A DNA stretch of 64,000 nt, taken from Octopus sinensis (Eukaryota). Under the pieces are notes generated by a model. The model did not search any database and had not been told where the DNA came from. It saw only the letters and a list, made by a program, of their open reading frames with translations. Position numbers and translations under genes: made by a program. The stretch covers positions 86,180,001-86,244,000 of the forward strand of contig NC_043005.1 in assembly GCF_006345805.1 (NCBI RefSeq), in the 5' to 3' direction. Every line of letters starts with the position of its first letter. Position 1 is the first letter of the stretch. Shown here one piece after another: positions 15,251 through 27,924 of this stretch.

Positions 15251-15834
15251 ATACTTTTCTACTCTGGGCGAAAGGCTCTAAATATTTGGAGAGGGAGCGA
15301 TTCGATTAGATCAACACTAGTACGCAACTGGTATTTAATTTATCGACCCCGAAATGATGAAAGGCAAAGCTGACCTCGGCGGAATTTGCACGCAGAACAT
15401 AAAGACAGACGAAATACCTATTTCTTTACTACCGACAAGGGGATAAACACAGAGAGGACAAACAAGGACAGACAAACGGATTAAGTCGATTATATCGACC
15501 TCAGTGCTTAACTGGTACTTATTTAATTGACCCCGAAAGGATGAAAGGCAAAGTCGACCTTGGCGGAATTTGAACTCAGAACGTAGCGGCAGACGAAATT
15601 CCTATTTCTTTACTACCGACAAGGGGCTAAACACAGAGAGGACAAACAAGGACCGACAAACGGATTAAATCGATTATATCGACCTCAGTGCGTAGCTGGT
15701 ACTTATTTAAGTAACCCCGAAAGGATGAAAAGCAAAGTAAACCTCGGTGGAATTTGAACTCAGAACGTAGCGGTAGACGAAATACCGCTAAGCATTTCGC
15801 CAGCCGTGCCAAAGTTTCTACCAGCTCGCCGCTT
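15251..15834 (-). mobile_element. SINE family A trimer (one head, two 184-bp internal units, terminal A-tail unit)
   Basis: Junction motifs GAAATACCTATTTC (15411-15424) and GAAATTCCTATTTC (15595-15608); period 184 bp. Confidence 0.9.
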
Positions 15835-16289
15835 TAAAAGATAAATAAATATAGTCGCAGTTATGTCTGTGTAGTTACGAAGCTCCCTTTGCAATGATAT
15901 AGCTTCGGGTCCAATCTTATTGCACAGTACTTTGAATGAAGTGACTTTCACTATATCCGCGTGTAGATTATTATATTATGAGTAATGTGGTCAACGGAAA
16001 ATTTGTAGAAGAGCGTCACACATACCTCCACGCGAGTACACACACTCACACATGAGTGCATATAGCTACATCGGTCAGACTATCGGATGTTACACATCTC
16101 TGGTCATATGGCTCTTCTTCGCATTGTTTTAGCTTTCAATTGATGCCAACCCGCTGGCTGAGTGAGCAAGCTATAAGTCTTACTAAAGGAAACGCCAGGC
16201 CATCGTTGTGTTATGCATCTGCAGCGGAGTGTTATGGAGCAATGACAAGTAGTGAAGAACATAAAACACCGATGTCCTGAGAATGGAAC

Positions 16290-16490
16290 AGCGATCGCAG
16301 TTTATTGAGCGAAAAAACACCTAAAGCTCCACGATGCTCCGGCAGAGGGTGGTGGCGACACCTGTTGTACTCTTTCGCTCCAACTTTCTCTCACTCTTTC
16401 TTCCTCTTTCTTGTCCCCGACTTCCTATGCAACCGCTGAGCCTGGATGCGCATTTATCCATCCATCGATGCTCTCGGTGTCGGGGGTTGA
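16290..16490 (+). mobile_element. SINE family B partial copy with variant tail
   Basis: TTTATTGAGCGAAAA..CACCTAAAGCTCCACGA is shared with 21399-21770. Confidence 0.7.
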
Positions 16491-16494
16491 CCTG

Positions 16495-16744
16495 CTTTCT
16501 CTCCTAAAATTTGAATGAAATTGGATGTGTAGTTCACAAGTTTTAGGGATTCATAATAGAGAAGATATGATAGTGTTATGGGCTCGCCCTATGCAAGAAG
16601 TTATTTTGTTTTTGTCCATGACACTCCTTGGACCCTAAGTAAGGCATGTGTAAAATTTGAATGGGGATTGGTTGTATAGTTCTCAAGTTTTAGGGATTCA
16701 CACAGACAGACAGACACACATTCTCTGTTTTATATATATATAGA
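16495..16744 (-). mobile_element. Helitron-type 5' end with internal duplication, 3' end missing
   Basis: Minus strand A|TCTATATATATAAAACAGAGAATGTGTGTCTGTCTG; block AAAATTTGAATG...CAAGTTTTAGGGATTCA is present twice. Confidence 0.65.
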
Positions 16745-17481
16745 TTAATATTATAACATTAATATTATTTTAATAAATTCTTCATTATTTTAAAAATTAA
16801 TTGAAAGAAAGACATTGTTTTTCAACACAGATATAGTAGCAGAAATCTTTCAACGGTATACATTTTGATATGACTATATTGTTTTGTAAATCCATGCTTC
16901 TAAATGTTGCTTGCTTCCCTAACTTTCGAATGATTAGAACGTTAATACACGTTTTCATTCTTTGAAGCTTTAGTTTTGTTTCTCATTGTTTTAAATTTGA
17001 CGGAATTGTTATCTAAAATTTTCAGTTTTGTATGTTGATATAATTTGTTGATATAATTTGATTTCGAAATTGTATCCAAAATATTTTCAAATTAGATTGA
17101 TAATAGAGAACAAACGTGAGTTTCGAATAAGTTAGACGGATAATTTTTTCTGCACCTATGTATTTAATGCTACTTTTATTTTGAAATTATAACGTTAATG
17201 TCTGGGCAAAATGAAGTTTGAAGATATGTCTAGAATAGAAAAACGTATGAATTTTGTATATAATTATGTCTGACATTATTTTATTGGTGATGCCTGGGGT
17301 GTAACATTTTTTGTTTACATTGGTTTTATCATAAACTATATCATTTTAATCAACATGAATCTGATTTAGGCAGAAAAAGATTTAAACCTGGACAGCTGAA
17401 TTCAACATATTTAATCTTCTAAACCGGCCGCTGGGAAAAAAAAGCGACTAGACAATATGTGTATGCAAAAACTCATCGGAA

Positions 17482-17861
17482 GCACTCCGTCAGTTACGAC
17501 GATGAGGGTTCCGGTTGATCCGAATCAACGGAACAACCTGCTCGTGAAATTAATGTGTAAGTAGCTGAGCACTCCACAGACACGTGCAACCATAACGTAG
17601 TTCTCGGGGATATTCAGCGTGACACAGAGAGTGACAAGGCCGGCCCCTTGAAATACAGGTACAACAGAAACAGGAAGTAAGTGTTAGAGAAAGTTGTGGT
17701 GAAAAAGTACAGCAGGGATCACCACCATCCCCTGCCGGAGCCTCGTGGAGTCTTTTAGGTGTTTTCGCTCAATAAACACTCACAACGCCCGGTCTGGGAA
17801 TCGAAACTGCGATCCTATGACAACGAGTCCGCTGCCCTAACCACTGGGTCATTGCGCCTCC
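17482..17861 (-). mobile_element. tRNA-derived SINE family B, full length
   Basis: Head GGAGGCGCAATGACCCAGTGGTTAGGGCAGCGGAC with B-box GTTTCGATTCCC; colinear with 21399-21770 and 63696-64000. Confidence 0.9.
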
Positions 17862-18504
17862 ACAGGCAAAAACTCATCAGTTAATGGTTAAAATAGTTAA
17901 AATGACTCATAATAAGTACGTACTGAGTTATTATGTTTTAGCTGAGATTAAGACAAAATCACAGAGAAAACTTTTACGATCAGAAAATATTGTCTGACAT
18001 TTAGCCTCAGTGCTGTATATTTTATATTCCTCATTTGATGGAGTAATATTTCAATTTCCTGCAACGGAATTTTCTTCTAAGTACTGTAGCTTTGTTCACT
18101 TTCCACATGGTCAATCACTGCAAAATGTATCACACGATCACGCCAGTGGTTCGAACTTAAAAATACGGTTCCGTCAAGTACAAATATAATTATAGTTGGT
18201 ATTGATAATATAAGCACTTTCATTGCAGAAAGATTCTGCAATTGGAGAAGAGCCAGTGTTAATAACTTTTTCATTGAAAATGCTTTGTGTGTAGACTTAG
18301 CAGAGATTACTGGAAACTTTAACAAAGTTTTAAGAAACGCTACTGCAGCACATTTATTACTGAAGTATTAAGTTCTTTCATAGGAAGTCCAATGTTCTGG
18401 TTCGTTCAAACAGAGTTTTATGTAAGTACTATGCAGACACTGTTCACATGTACCTGTATATGCACGTGTTAATATGTGCGTATATATGTGTTTATGTATG
18501 TGTT

Positions 18505-18819
18505 CTCAAAATACAAATATATCGAAAGAGATAATCCGAATGTAGATCTTGAAAACAGAAACAATCCCTATACTAATTGATGCATTATGTATGATTAAAA
18601 ACATATAAACAAATAGATAACCAACTGAAACACTACAACTTACGAATGCATACAGCATGCAGAAAATAGCACTACTAGGCGCCGCACACATTCTACACAA
18701 GGCACGTTCAATACAGTGGAAAGAACAGCACCAAAACAGACCACAGCAGATATCCAAGGTACATAAAACTGTGCTCAGTAGTGCAATGAAAGCACGCGAT
18801 AGAAATAAGACTACTGAAC

Positions 18820-18820
<1 letters not shown>
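18505..18820 (+). mobile_element. R4/Dong-clade LINE 3' fragment (second family)
   Basis: SKYKY, LKTETIPILIDALCM, MQKIALLGAAHILHK; the 3' UTR ends at (AAT)n 18821-18860. Confidence 0.8.
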
Positions 18821-18857
<37 letters not shown>

Positions 18858-18861
18858 TAAT

Positions 18862-19097
18862 GAACTGCTCATATCCTACACAAAATACTATCTATGTAAT
18901 CTCAAGTTTTAAAACAAACACATAATTTTCTTATGGTCTCTTAAACATTCTCTAGAACAACATTATGTACAAAACCAAATATATGGCTCCCTAGGCATAA
19001 CACCAACATGAACTTCCAACTTGTTGTCTCTTCACGTCTCTGGGTGAGACTTGGAGCCAACTTGTACAAATGTAAAGCAAAAGTCAAACATAAAATG
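18862..19097 (+). mobile_element. 5'-truncated R4 3' end, same family as 1-1346
   Basis: TAHILHKILSM* followed by a UTR colinear with 765-1346 once the Helitron is removed. Confidence 0.85.
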
Positions 19098-19167
19098 CCA
19101 CTAAGCTTTTTGTGCGGAGTGCTCAGGATTCTACAGCTAGCAGCCTTTATAACAGCAACAACAATAA

Positions 19168-19750
19168 CTAGCAGTACCCGCGGAAATTCCACGGTAAATA
19201 TGAGGTTTATTTTGGTGCTTGAAATTTTACATAAAACCATAAAAATCAGTGTTCCCTTATATATTGTATGTTCTGCATTATATAAATTTAAAAGGCACTT
19301 CCCAGTTCTTCTGGATGAGAGTGTAATTGATGGCGCATGACTTTCCGTCTCTCTCAAAAGTTCAGAGATTCATTCGCAAAGCTGAATCCTAATGACTACA
19401 AAATCATTCATATGAATGGTATTGAAATTTCCCTCCCCCCATATCTTTACAGTTTAATATTCTTACAGTTTTTTTGTTTTTTTTTACTTTCTTGAACGCG
19501 TTCTCATTTATGTTGTAAATACTCACAATTCATATCTTTGAATCATATTTTCCGTTCTACAAACTGATGTTCGCCTGCTTGTTCCAGTGATTCAGTCATC
19601 TGCTACTCTTTACGTCACTGACTCCACCGCCTCATTCTTTCGCTTCTTAGCTTACATCAGCTGTCATCCATATTTTATACTCAAATATGAATTTTCAAGC
19701 GAACAAACGATAAATAATTGCACTTAAACGCGTGCGTTAATTGACAGGTG
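19168..19750 (-). mobile_element. Helitron 3' end plus probable decayed interior
   Basis: Minus strand CCGTGG-AATTT-CCGCGG hairpin, GTACTG, CTAG|T at 19168. The 5' boundary was not found, so the end coordinate is approximate. Confidence 0.6.
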
Positions 19751-19904
19751 CTAGAAAATAATCTACTTTAATAAAAAGCATACACTTAGTACTCCTCACT
19801 CACCATCACCACCACCACCACCACTACCAACAACACAACCACCATCATCATCATCATCATCATCATCACCACTACCACTATCACTAAAACCACTACCATC
19901 ACAA

Positions 19905-20136
19905 TTATTTCTTTACTGCCCACGAGGGGCTACACAGAGTGGACAAACAAGGACAGACAAACGGATTAAGTCGATTATATCGACCCCAGTGCGTAACTGG
20001 TACTTATTTAATCGACCCCGAAAGGATGAAAGGCAAAGTCGACCTCGGCGGAATTGGAACTCAGAACGTAGCGGCGGACGAAATACCGCAAAGCATTTCC
20101 CCCGGCGTGCTAACTTTTCTGCCAGCTCGCCGCCTT
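19905..20136 (-). mobile_element. SINE family A monomer (B-type tail)
   Basis: Full head plus tail ...GCCCCTCGTGGGCAGTAAAGAAATA. Confidence 0.9.
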
Positions 20137-20319
20137 TACTACCATCATAATAGTTCTCAGCAACCATGCTCAAAGCAAGAATATATCATTTCATTTCAAT
20201 TCAGTTTTTTACTTATATATACTGTTTTCGGCTGTCAATACGAAGTTCGAATGATTTTTTTTTTTTAATAATAATAACATCCACGTCTATTTCTCTTTCA
20301 TTGAAAAATCTGTTTAATG

Positions 20320-20830
20320 TTATTATCATTATTTTTTACTTTTACTCTGCATGTTTGTCACAATCACTTGCCGGGACACGCCCAGCGTACTAGGGTGAGT
20401 GAAGGATGCGAGATGTTACAGTATGACTGAAGACTTGAGGAGGGTAAGTATCAGGGGCAGTAGCAAACCATCTTCATGAAATACAGCACAGATATTGAAA
20501 ATGATAGGTTTTATTATAAGGATGTGGACAGTGATTGTCAGTACAATCTTTTGGATTTCTCTGAGACATGGTTCTCCTGGGATATTATCTAGATGTTTCT
20601 GACATGCCTTTCTTATCATACCTAGGGCACTCACAATAACAGGAACAGTTCTCGTTTTAAGATGCCACATCTTTTGTATTTCAATTTTCAGGTCGTTATA
20701 TTTACTCAAATTAGCAAATTTCTTTACTGCTATATTTTTATCGGTGGAAACACTTATATCTATTAGTGTACAAGTATTTTCTTCCCTGTCTTTAATTATT
20801 ATCATTGTCCCTTCTCCCGTCCATTCATCG
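20320..20830 (-). mobile_element. R4/Dong-clade LINE 3' fragment (third family)
   Basis: ORF 20416-20967: IIIKDREENTCTLIDISV, LSKYNDLKIEIQKMWHLKTRTVPVIVSALG, EIQKIVL. Confidence 0.85.
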
Positions 20831-21398
20831 ATGTATGTATCTATAAAGATAGTTAAATAGATCGACAGAGAGAAAATATATAAATTTAGGTGGAGTTTCG
20901 GATCAGGACGCCTATATAAGTTGGATCTTTCTCCGTGCTGAGATTTTCTCCCATTTCTTTGCCCCACAGTCTTTGAAATGATGATGTGTGCGTGGGTGGG
21001 GGCTTCATTTTAAGAAAAAATTCTTGAACATTCATGATTTTAAAATAATTTTCTCACCTCCCCACTCACCCCATCTCCGAACCGATATTGTCCAATTCAT
21101 TTGGCACTCCTTTCTTAAAAAATCACGAGGGAAGCCTTTTCGATAAAAACAAAAATTGTAACTACTTTCAGACAGAAAGGTGTGTGATTTAAGAGAGATT
21201 TGGCTGTTGTTTCAAGCACATCCCACAAGCACTGTCTTCTTTGTTTTTCTTTGTATTGGTACTCTGAAATGTATTGATGATTTTTACTATTCATCTCACC
21301 ATAAACACATTTATGCTCTTAAGAAAATGTTGAACATTTATGCTATTTTCAACCCTAATCCCTCCTCCCATCGTTTCTGTTTATCATTTAAAAGTAAT

Positions 21399-21770
21399 GG
21401 AGGCGCAATTAGGGTTAGGGCAGTGGATTCGCGGTCGTAGGATCGAGGTTTAGATTCCCAAACCGGGCGTTGTGAGTGTTTATTGAGCGAAAACACCCAA
21501 GGCTCCCCGATCTCCGACAGAGGTGGGGTGGCGAACCCTGCTGTACAATTTCACAAAAACTATCTCTCACTGTTTCTTCCTGTTTCTGTTGTACCTGTAT
21601 TTCAAAGGGCCAGCCTTATCACACTCTGTGTCACGCTGAATCTGCCCGAGAACTACGTTAAGGGAAGACGTGTCTGTGGATTACTCAGCCACTTGCACAT
21701 TAATTTCACGAGCAGGCTGTTCCGTTGATCGTATCAACTGGTACCCTCGTCGTCGCAATCGACGGAGTGC
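21399..21770 (+). mobile_element. SINE family B, full length
   Basis: Colinear with the reverse complement of 17482-17861. Confidence 0.9.
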
Positions 21771-22534
21771 CACTACCATTTAAATATACTGGAGAGACTG
21801 AGGAAGTCATTGCTGAAATTTGTCGACAGTGATTTAAAAAAAAATATGTACTTTTATTCTATTATTTGTTTCAGTCATCTGGCTGCGGCCATGCTGGACC
21901 ACCACCTTGGTATTCAAGAGATAATTTATTTTTATTGCATACTTTCGCATTAGTAAATGTATCTTTTTACTGACACTCACGACCTCGCTTATTTCGAGGT
22001 ATAAAAATTTAAATTACAATATTTTTGTTATTGAAATCCCAGTAATGGACCACCGGTGTGTTACTTCCATATCATCCTTCCATAGACTATTAAAAAGAGA
22101 TATGTAAGAGTGAGAAAGAAACGAAAGCTCTCGCCGTAAGATGTGCCAGAAACAACAGTCAAACATCCCTTTAATCTCACACCTTATATTTAAAATTTGA
22201 TTGTTTTTCTTTTTTTACGGAAAAGACTTCTCTCATTGTTTTTAAGTACGTAGTACTTCCAAAATTGGGAAAAATGGATCCTGAGGGTGAGGATACAGTG
22301 AGATGTGTGTGAAAAAAATCAAACTGGCAAGCATTGGTTCACGTGAAAAAATACCCACCCACCATCATTATGAAGGCCGTGGTCAGAAGAGAAGTTGAAA
22401 AAAATCCTTGTCAAGACAAAGAAAATTCAACTTCAGTGGGTGTCCTGATTCGAAACTCTGTTCAACTATTGAATATCAGAATATTATTTTTTTGAGAGTC
22501 ATCATAATATATGATGTTTAGAATTCCTCTATGC

Positions 22535-22572
<38 letters not shown>

Positions 22573-22635
22573 ACCTTTCACTTGAACTAATAACGTGACA
22601 GCTTAATGCATCGTCGGGCAACAACACCGCCACTC

Positions 22636-22850
22636 AAGGCGGTGAGCTGGCAGAAACGTTAGTACGCCGGGTGAGATGCTTAGCCGTATTTCGTCTGCCG
22701 CTACGTTCTGAGTTCAAATTCTGCCCAGGTCGACTTTGCCTTTCATCCTTCCGGTGTCAATAAATTAAGTATCAGTTGCGTACTGAGGTCGATCTAATCG
22801 ACTGGCCCCTCACCAATAATTTCGGGCTTTGTCCTAGAGTAGAAAAGAAT
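22636..22850 (+). mobile_element. SINE family A monomer (A tail) with probable 11-bp TSD
   Basis: Flanked by ACCGCCACTCA (before the head) and ACCACCACTCA (~22854-22864). Confidence 0.85.
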
Positions 22851-22864
22851 AATACCACCACTCA

Positions 22865-23228
22865 AAGGCAACATGCTTAGCAATATTTCGTCTGCCGCTA
22901 CGTTCTGATTTCAAATTCCGCCGAAGTCGAATTTGCCTTTCATCCTTTCGGGGTCGATTAAATAAGTACAAGTTACGCACTGCGGTCGATATAATCGACT
23001 TAATCCGTTTGTTTGTCCTTGTTTGTCCTGTGTGTTTAGCCCCTTGTGGGTAGTAAAGAAATAGGTATTTCGTATGCCGCTACGTTCTGAGTTCAAATTG
23101 CACCGAGGTCGACTTTGCGTTTCATCTTTTCGGGGTCGATAAATTAAGTACCAATTGCTTACTAGGGTTGATGTGATCGACTAGTCCTCTTCTCACAAAT
23201 TTCAGGCATTTTGCCTTTAGTAGAAAGG
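22865..23228 (+). mobile_element. SINE family A dimer (B-tail unit + A-tail unit), head partly deleted
   Basis: Junction GAAATAGGTATTTC at 23058-23071. Confidence 0.85.
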
Positions 23229-23299
23229 ATAATAATAATAATTATTATTATTATTATTGTTTTACTTCTGAGAACGTTCGGTCTAGTTTGTTCTGGTAG

Positions 23300-24345
23300 G
23301 TTCTGTGAGAGCGGACAGCAGCCTGCTGTCAGCAGTCTCACACGGTCTCTTCCCGTACATTATATGCTTTAATACTTGGTTGTTAATTATCATTGGAGAC
23401 ATTCAACATTCAAGTACCAATCTCAATATCCAGCTGTTCGTAGCAGAGCCGATTTTGGGGGCTTGCTTTTCACTCATGTCAATTAAATTTTTTTTGACAT
23501 ATTTCTCTAACTTGGTTGTTAGTGCTCGGGGTGCCCCTACAAAAACTAGAATGACAGACACTCTCCTCATAGTTCACATTCTCTGCAACTTCGTCTTTTA
23601 TTAGTCTGTACTTTTTAATATTTTCTTGTTCTTTGCCAATTATGCCTGCATCTCAAATTGTTGCAATATCTGTGATCTTGGTTTACTTTTTCCCCCTTTA
23701 TCTACCAAAACAATATCTGGTCTCCGAGGATTGATTATCGAGTGACAATGGATTGTACATTTCCACAGTATCTTATGCTCCTTATTGTCGGCGACTTCTG
23801 TTTCATTTTCGTACTATTTCCGTGCTCTGTTCGAGCCGTACTTTTCATATAGCCTCCAGTGGACGAACTTAGTCACGTTATCGTGCCTCTTTTTATAGTA
23901 CCGTTGGACCGGTTTGCTACAACCACTCACAATATGAGAGATTGTTTTGTTTCTGCTGCCACACATCCTGCAAAGGGGCGATTCGCTACTCTTATTTATT
24001 TGGAACTTGGTGCACTTAGTTCTCAGATATTGTTCCTGGGCGCTGGCTATCAATACCTGAATGCACCCTTCCAGTTGACTTTTCTTAGCCATCTCCAAGC
24101 TTTGATCTTGTCAATTTCTCTGAGGTTTTGCCCGTAGAGTGACTTCATTTTCCAGTTATTGACTCTTCTTGTTTCTTAAATGTTTGTGAATTCAGCACGT
24201 TTTTCGGTAAGTATTGTATTGTTAATTCTAACAAAGATGCACTCTGCTGTGTCATGCACCATCCCAGATTGTTCTTCGCATTGACAACACATATCTTGCA
24301 TACTATGAGACCTATTCTCCCCATGTTTCTAGGCACATACAATAT
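23300..24345 (-). mobile_element. R4/Dong-clade LINE C-terminal region (fourth copy), decayed
   Basis: YVPRNMGRIGLI, AQEQYLRT, CRMCGSRNKTISHIVSGC, RHDNV..FVHW, RRPDIVLVD. Both ends abut ATT/AAT-type repeats. Confidence 0.88.
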
Positions 24346-24662
24346 ATCAATATCGCTTTAGATTAGCATTATTATTATTATCGTCGTCGACGTTGTCGTT
24401 GTCGTTGTTGTTGGTGTTGTTGGTGTTGTTGTTGTTATTGTTGTCGTCATCATATACAATAGTGCTGTAATGAAGCAACACCTTATTCACAATATCCTCT
24501 TTCATTCCATCGTATATGTTGGTATATACTTGCGATATTGAAGGGCGTCTAGTGAGATTTTTGAAATTAGTGCATACGTGTATTAACATATATTTACGTG
24601 TTTGTGTGTATGGGTACACACATGCACAAACACACACACGCATTGGCTCTCAAAGTTCTTAC

Positions 24663-24787
24663 CTGACACGCTATATAGCACCTCGAAGTGAATACCAGCA
24701 TATCATGGAACGAGTGAATGCCGTGAATAAAGCGCAGCTCTACCGCTGCCTTATTAAGCAAACATGTGAGATACACACTCGTAACAA
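24663..24787 (-). other. Candidate exon (125 nt), product unknown
   Basis: Minus-strand acceptor TTTCCATTTGTCATTCGTCATTCAG| and donor CAG|GTAAGA; a single open frame VTSVYLTCLLNKAAVELRFIHGIHSFHDMLVFTSRCYIACQ. Confidence 0.35.
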
Positions 24788-25671
24788 CTGAATGACGAAT
24801 GACAAATGGAAAGCAAACACTTCTTATTATATTTAAATTGCTTACGTATGAGACGAGTCTTCAATTATCCATGTATACAATTGTCATTATATTATATAAT
24901 GTAAAATATAATTACTAACATTTACGTCGAAATAACATTAATTTTATGGAATGAATATTGCTGTTGACATTTAAGAAGCATGAATCAATCTCTCCAGGGT
25001 TTATAGCTGCTAATAATACTTCTTTTGTATGCTCGCTTCTGACCAGCTGAGTCTTAACCTTGTAGAACTGATGCCGATGGCAGTTATAAGGAATTTGAAA
25101 TTTTGTTCTATTAAGTTTTTACTATTGTGAAGAAGTTTTTAACCACCATGGAGACATACGTGAGCCTGGTATATGCCAGTACAGTTCATTGTGAAAGTTT
25201 GTTGCTAAAAAGTAAACTAAAAGTCCATTCCTTTCTAAATATGTACATATATATATTACAAAATGATTAAATGGTATCTCTGATACGGTGTAAAACCTGA
25301 GTAGCAACCCAGGTTTTCGTTACTGTAATGTATACGATAATCATTACATAATGAAGGTTATTAGACGTATTGATTTTTATAGAATCGCTTTTTCAAGGTG
25401 ATGACATTGTTTTGCTAAAGGTGTTGCTGTGATTGTTTGAAAACTAACGCTTTGATTTCAAATTTTTACACAAGCCCTATAGTTTCGAGGAAAGGGAATA
25501 AGTCGATTACATCGACCCCAGTGTTCAACTGGTACTTATTTCATCGAATCCAAATAATAAAATGCGATACCGACCTCAGTGGGATTTGAACTCAAAATAT
25601 AAGTTGGATGAAATGCTGAAACGATTCTGCCAATTTGTAGTCTTTTGTTTTATTCAATATGAAATGGTTGG

Positions 25672-26060
25672 AAGGCGGCGAGCTGGCAGAAACGTTAGCA
25701 CGCCGGGCGAAATGTGTAGCCGTATTTCCTCTGTATTTACTTTCTGTGTTTAAATTCCGCCGAAGTCGACTTTGCCTTTCATCCTTTCGGGGTCGGTTAA
25801 ATAATTACCAGTTACTGGGGTCGATATAATCGACTTAATCCGGTTGTCTGTCTTTGTTTGTCCTCTCTGTGTTTAGCCCCTTGTGGGTAGTAAAGAAATA
25901 TGTATTTCATCTCTCTTTCCGTTCAAATTCCGCCGCGTCAACTTTGCGTTTCATCCTTCTGGGTCGATAACATAAGTACCAGTCGCGTAATGTGGTTGAT
26001 CTAGTCGACTGGCCCACTCTCCAAAAATTTCGGGCCTTGTGCCTAGAGTAGAAGAGAATA
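25672..26060 (+). mobile_element. SINE family A dimer; a divergent antisense partial copy lies at ~25490-25640
   Basis: Head AAGGCGGCGAGCTGGCAGAAACG; junction GAAATATGTATTTC (25895-25908); A tail CGGGCCTTGTGCCTAGAGTAGAA. Confidence 0.88.
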
Positions 26061-26799
26061 TGAAATGATTGGATGGTTGGAAATTATTCGTAGCCTTCAG
26101 TTGTTCCTGCTGGGAAATCCAAACAGAATATGTAATGAATCCTCTTCCTAATAGGACAATATGGACAAAGTACCTGACGACTCATCCCCAACGAAGCTCC
26201 CAGGAATAATGGGCTGAGAAACTGGATGGACGGAGAGTTTCACAATATCTAAAACCTTCTTCGGTCGAGGTTGATGTGCATGCGTATAAATATCTTTGGT
26301 CCCGGGTATGATTCCGAGTAAGTTTGTCAGTTACCCACGCATGCGTGTCTCACTTCTCCAGGGACAAGGTTGTCAACGCATGCAGGTACATATTGGCACC
26401 AGGCATTGCTGTTAGAATGTGAAGACACAGAACGGATAATTAATAGGCATTTCTATCATTTTCACGAATCTACCCTGCCGGTTTGGTAATTCTTTATAAA
26501 GCTCAAAATTATGAAACACCAAGGTGGCTTATGCAAGATTTGAACCAACAGCGCACAATCAAAATCTACAGCTTTATTCAAATTGTAAGGAATTCAACAC
26601 TGTGCAATTTATAGAACCTATATATATATATATATATACATATATATTTCATGCTAATATCGTATAAAGAATGCGAAGCCATGCCAAGAGGGAAATTGAT
26701 CATGTTCGTGATATTGACGACGATAACGAGGGGGAGTGGAAGACACGGTTGTTGAAGATGATAAAATTGATGACGCCTATAGCGGATATTATCATTATC

Positions 26800-26870
<71 letters not shown>

Positions 26871-26884
26871 TATTATCATTATTA

Positions 26885-26936
<52 letters not shown>

Positions 26937-27822
26937 TGTTATTATTAATGATATTGCGTTGACACTATCATGATGACAGTGAACTTTAAAATAGATATTC
27001 ATGATAAATGATGCTTAAATGCCTGAAGTTATAAAACTATAAAATTCCCCATTTGTAGTTATAATACATATGAGCAAGCGTACTTTATGTACGAGATGAC
27101 ATACAATAATAACATACACGGCAGAACAATCTTTGATTAAAAGCACCTCGCACCATCGCCAGCTCCATTCCACATCTTACCCTCCGCTTCTCATGACCCA
27201 CAAACATACTTGTCATTTGTTGCCGATATTCGCATTTAATTCATATTTATGCTGCCCACACGTAACCTGCCGATGCTTGTAAACCATCCTTCCTATCAGC
27301 ACCACGTCAGGAAATATAACGATGCCGAACGATAGATTACATTTTAGTTATTTTCTGTATTCAAATATATACAGTGAGTAAATTGCCTTCCATTTGAATT
27401 AATCGCTGTTGGATTATGTTTAGATCCATCTAGGTCGAAATTGTTTCAGCCGTTAGGTGACAAATTAATCTGATGTTATAACTATCCTTGTATATCAATA
27501 TATACACCGCCTTATCGTTTGAAATAAAAGAAAATTCCTAAACCTAGTTCTAGGCCAAACCAAAGTAGAGGTCTTAACTACTACGGGAAAGAGGAATATA
27601 CAATTTGAAATGTAAATTTGCTGTTTTGCAAGATAACTTACGATAAAAACTAACAGGTAGAAAAAAATATCATACGTTTTAATTATACACAAGTAATATA
27701 ATTTTGAAATAAAATTTTTTTCCTCCTCCTCCCCCACCTCCCTTTCCTCCTCCTCTTCCTCCTCCTCCACTTCTTCATTGTTATTATTATTAGTACAGTT
27801 ATCATTATTACTTTTACTATTA

Positions 27823-27856
<34 letters not shown>

Positions 27857-27863
27857 CATTATA

Positions 27864-27902
<39 letters not shown>

Positions 27903-27924
27903 CATTATTATTATTATTATTATG

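Noticed and set aside
15251-15834. Regularly spaced repeats suggesting a CRISPR array (also 59568-59640)
   Set aside because: The units are 184-bp SINE modules or 15-bp tandem units with no unique spacers; the context is eukaryotic and there are no cas genes.
21408-21421. TTAGGGTTAGGG telomere-like repeat
   Set aside because: Only two units, and they are part of a mutated SINE B head.
26221-26270. Minus-strand CCGAAGA...TGAAAC..GTC hammerhead-like string
   Set aside because: Stems I and II do not pair; too degenerate to support.
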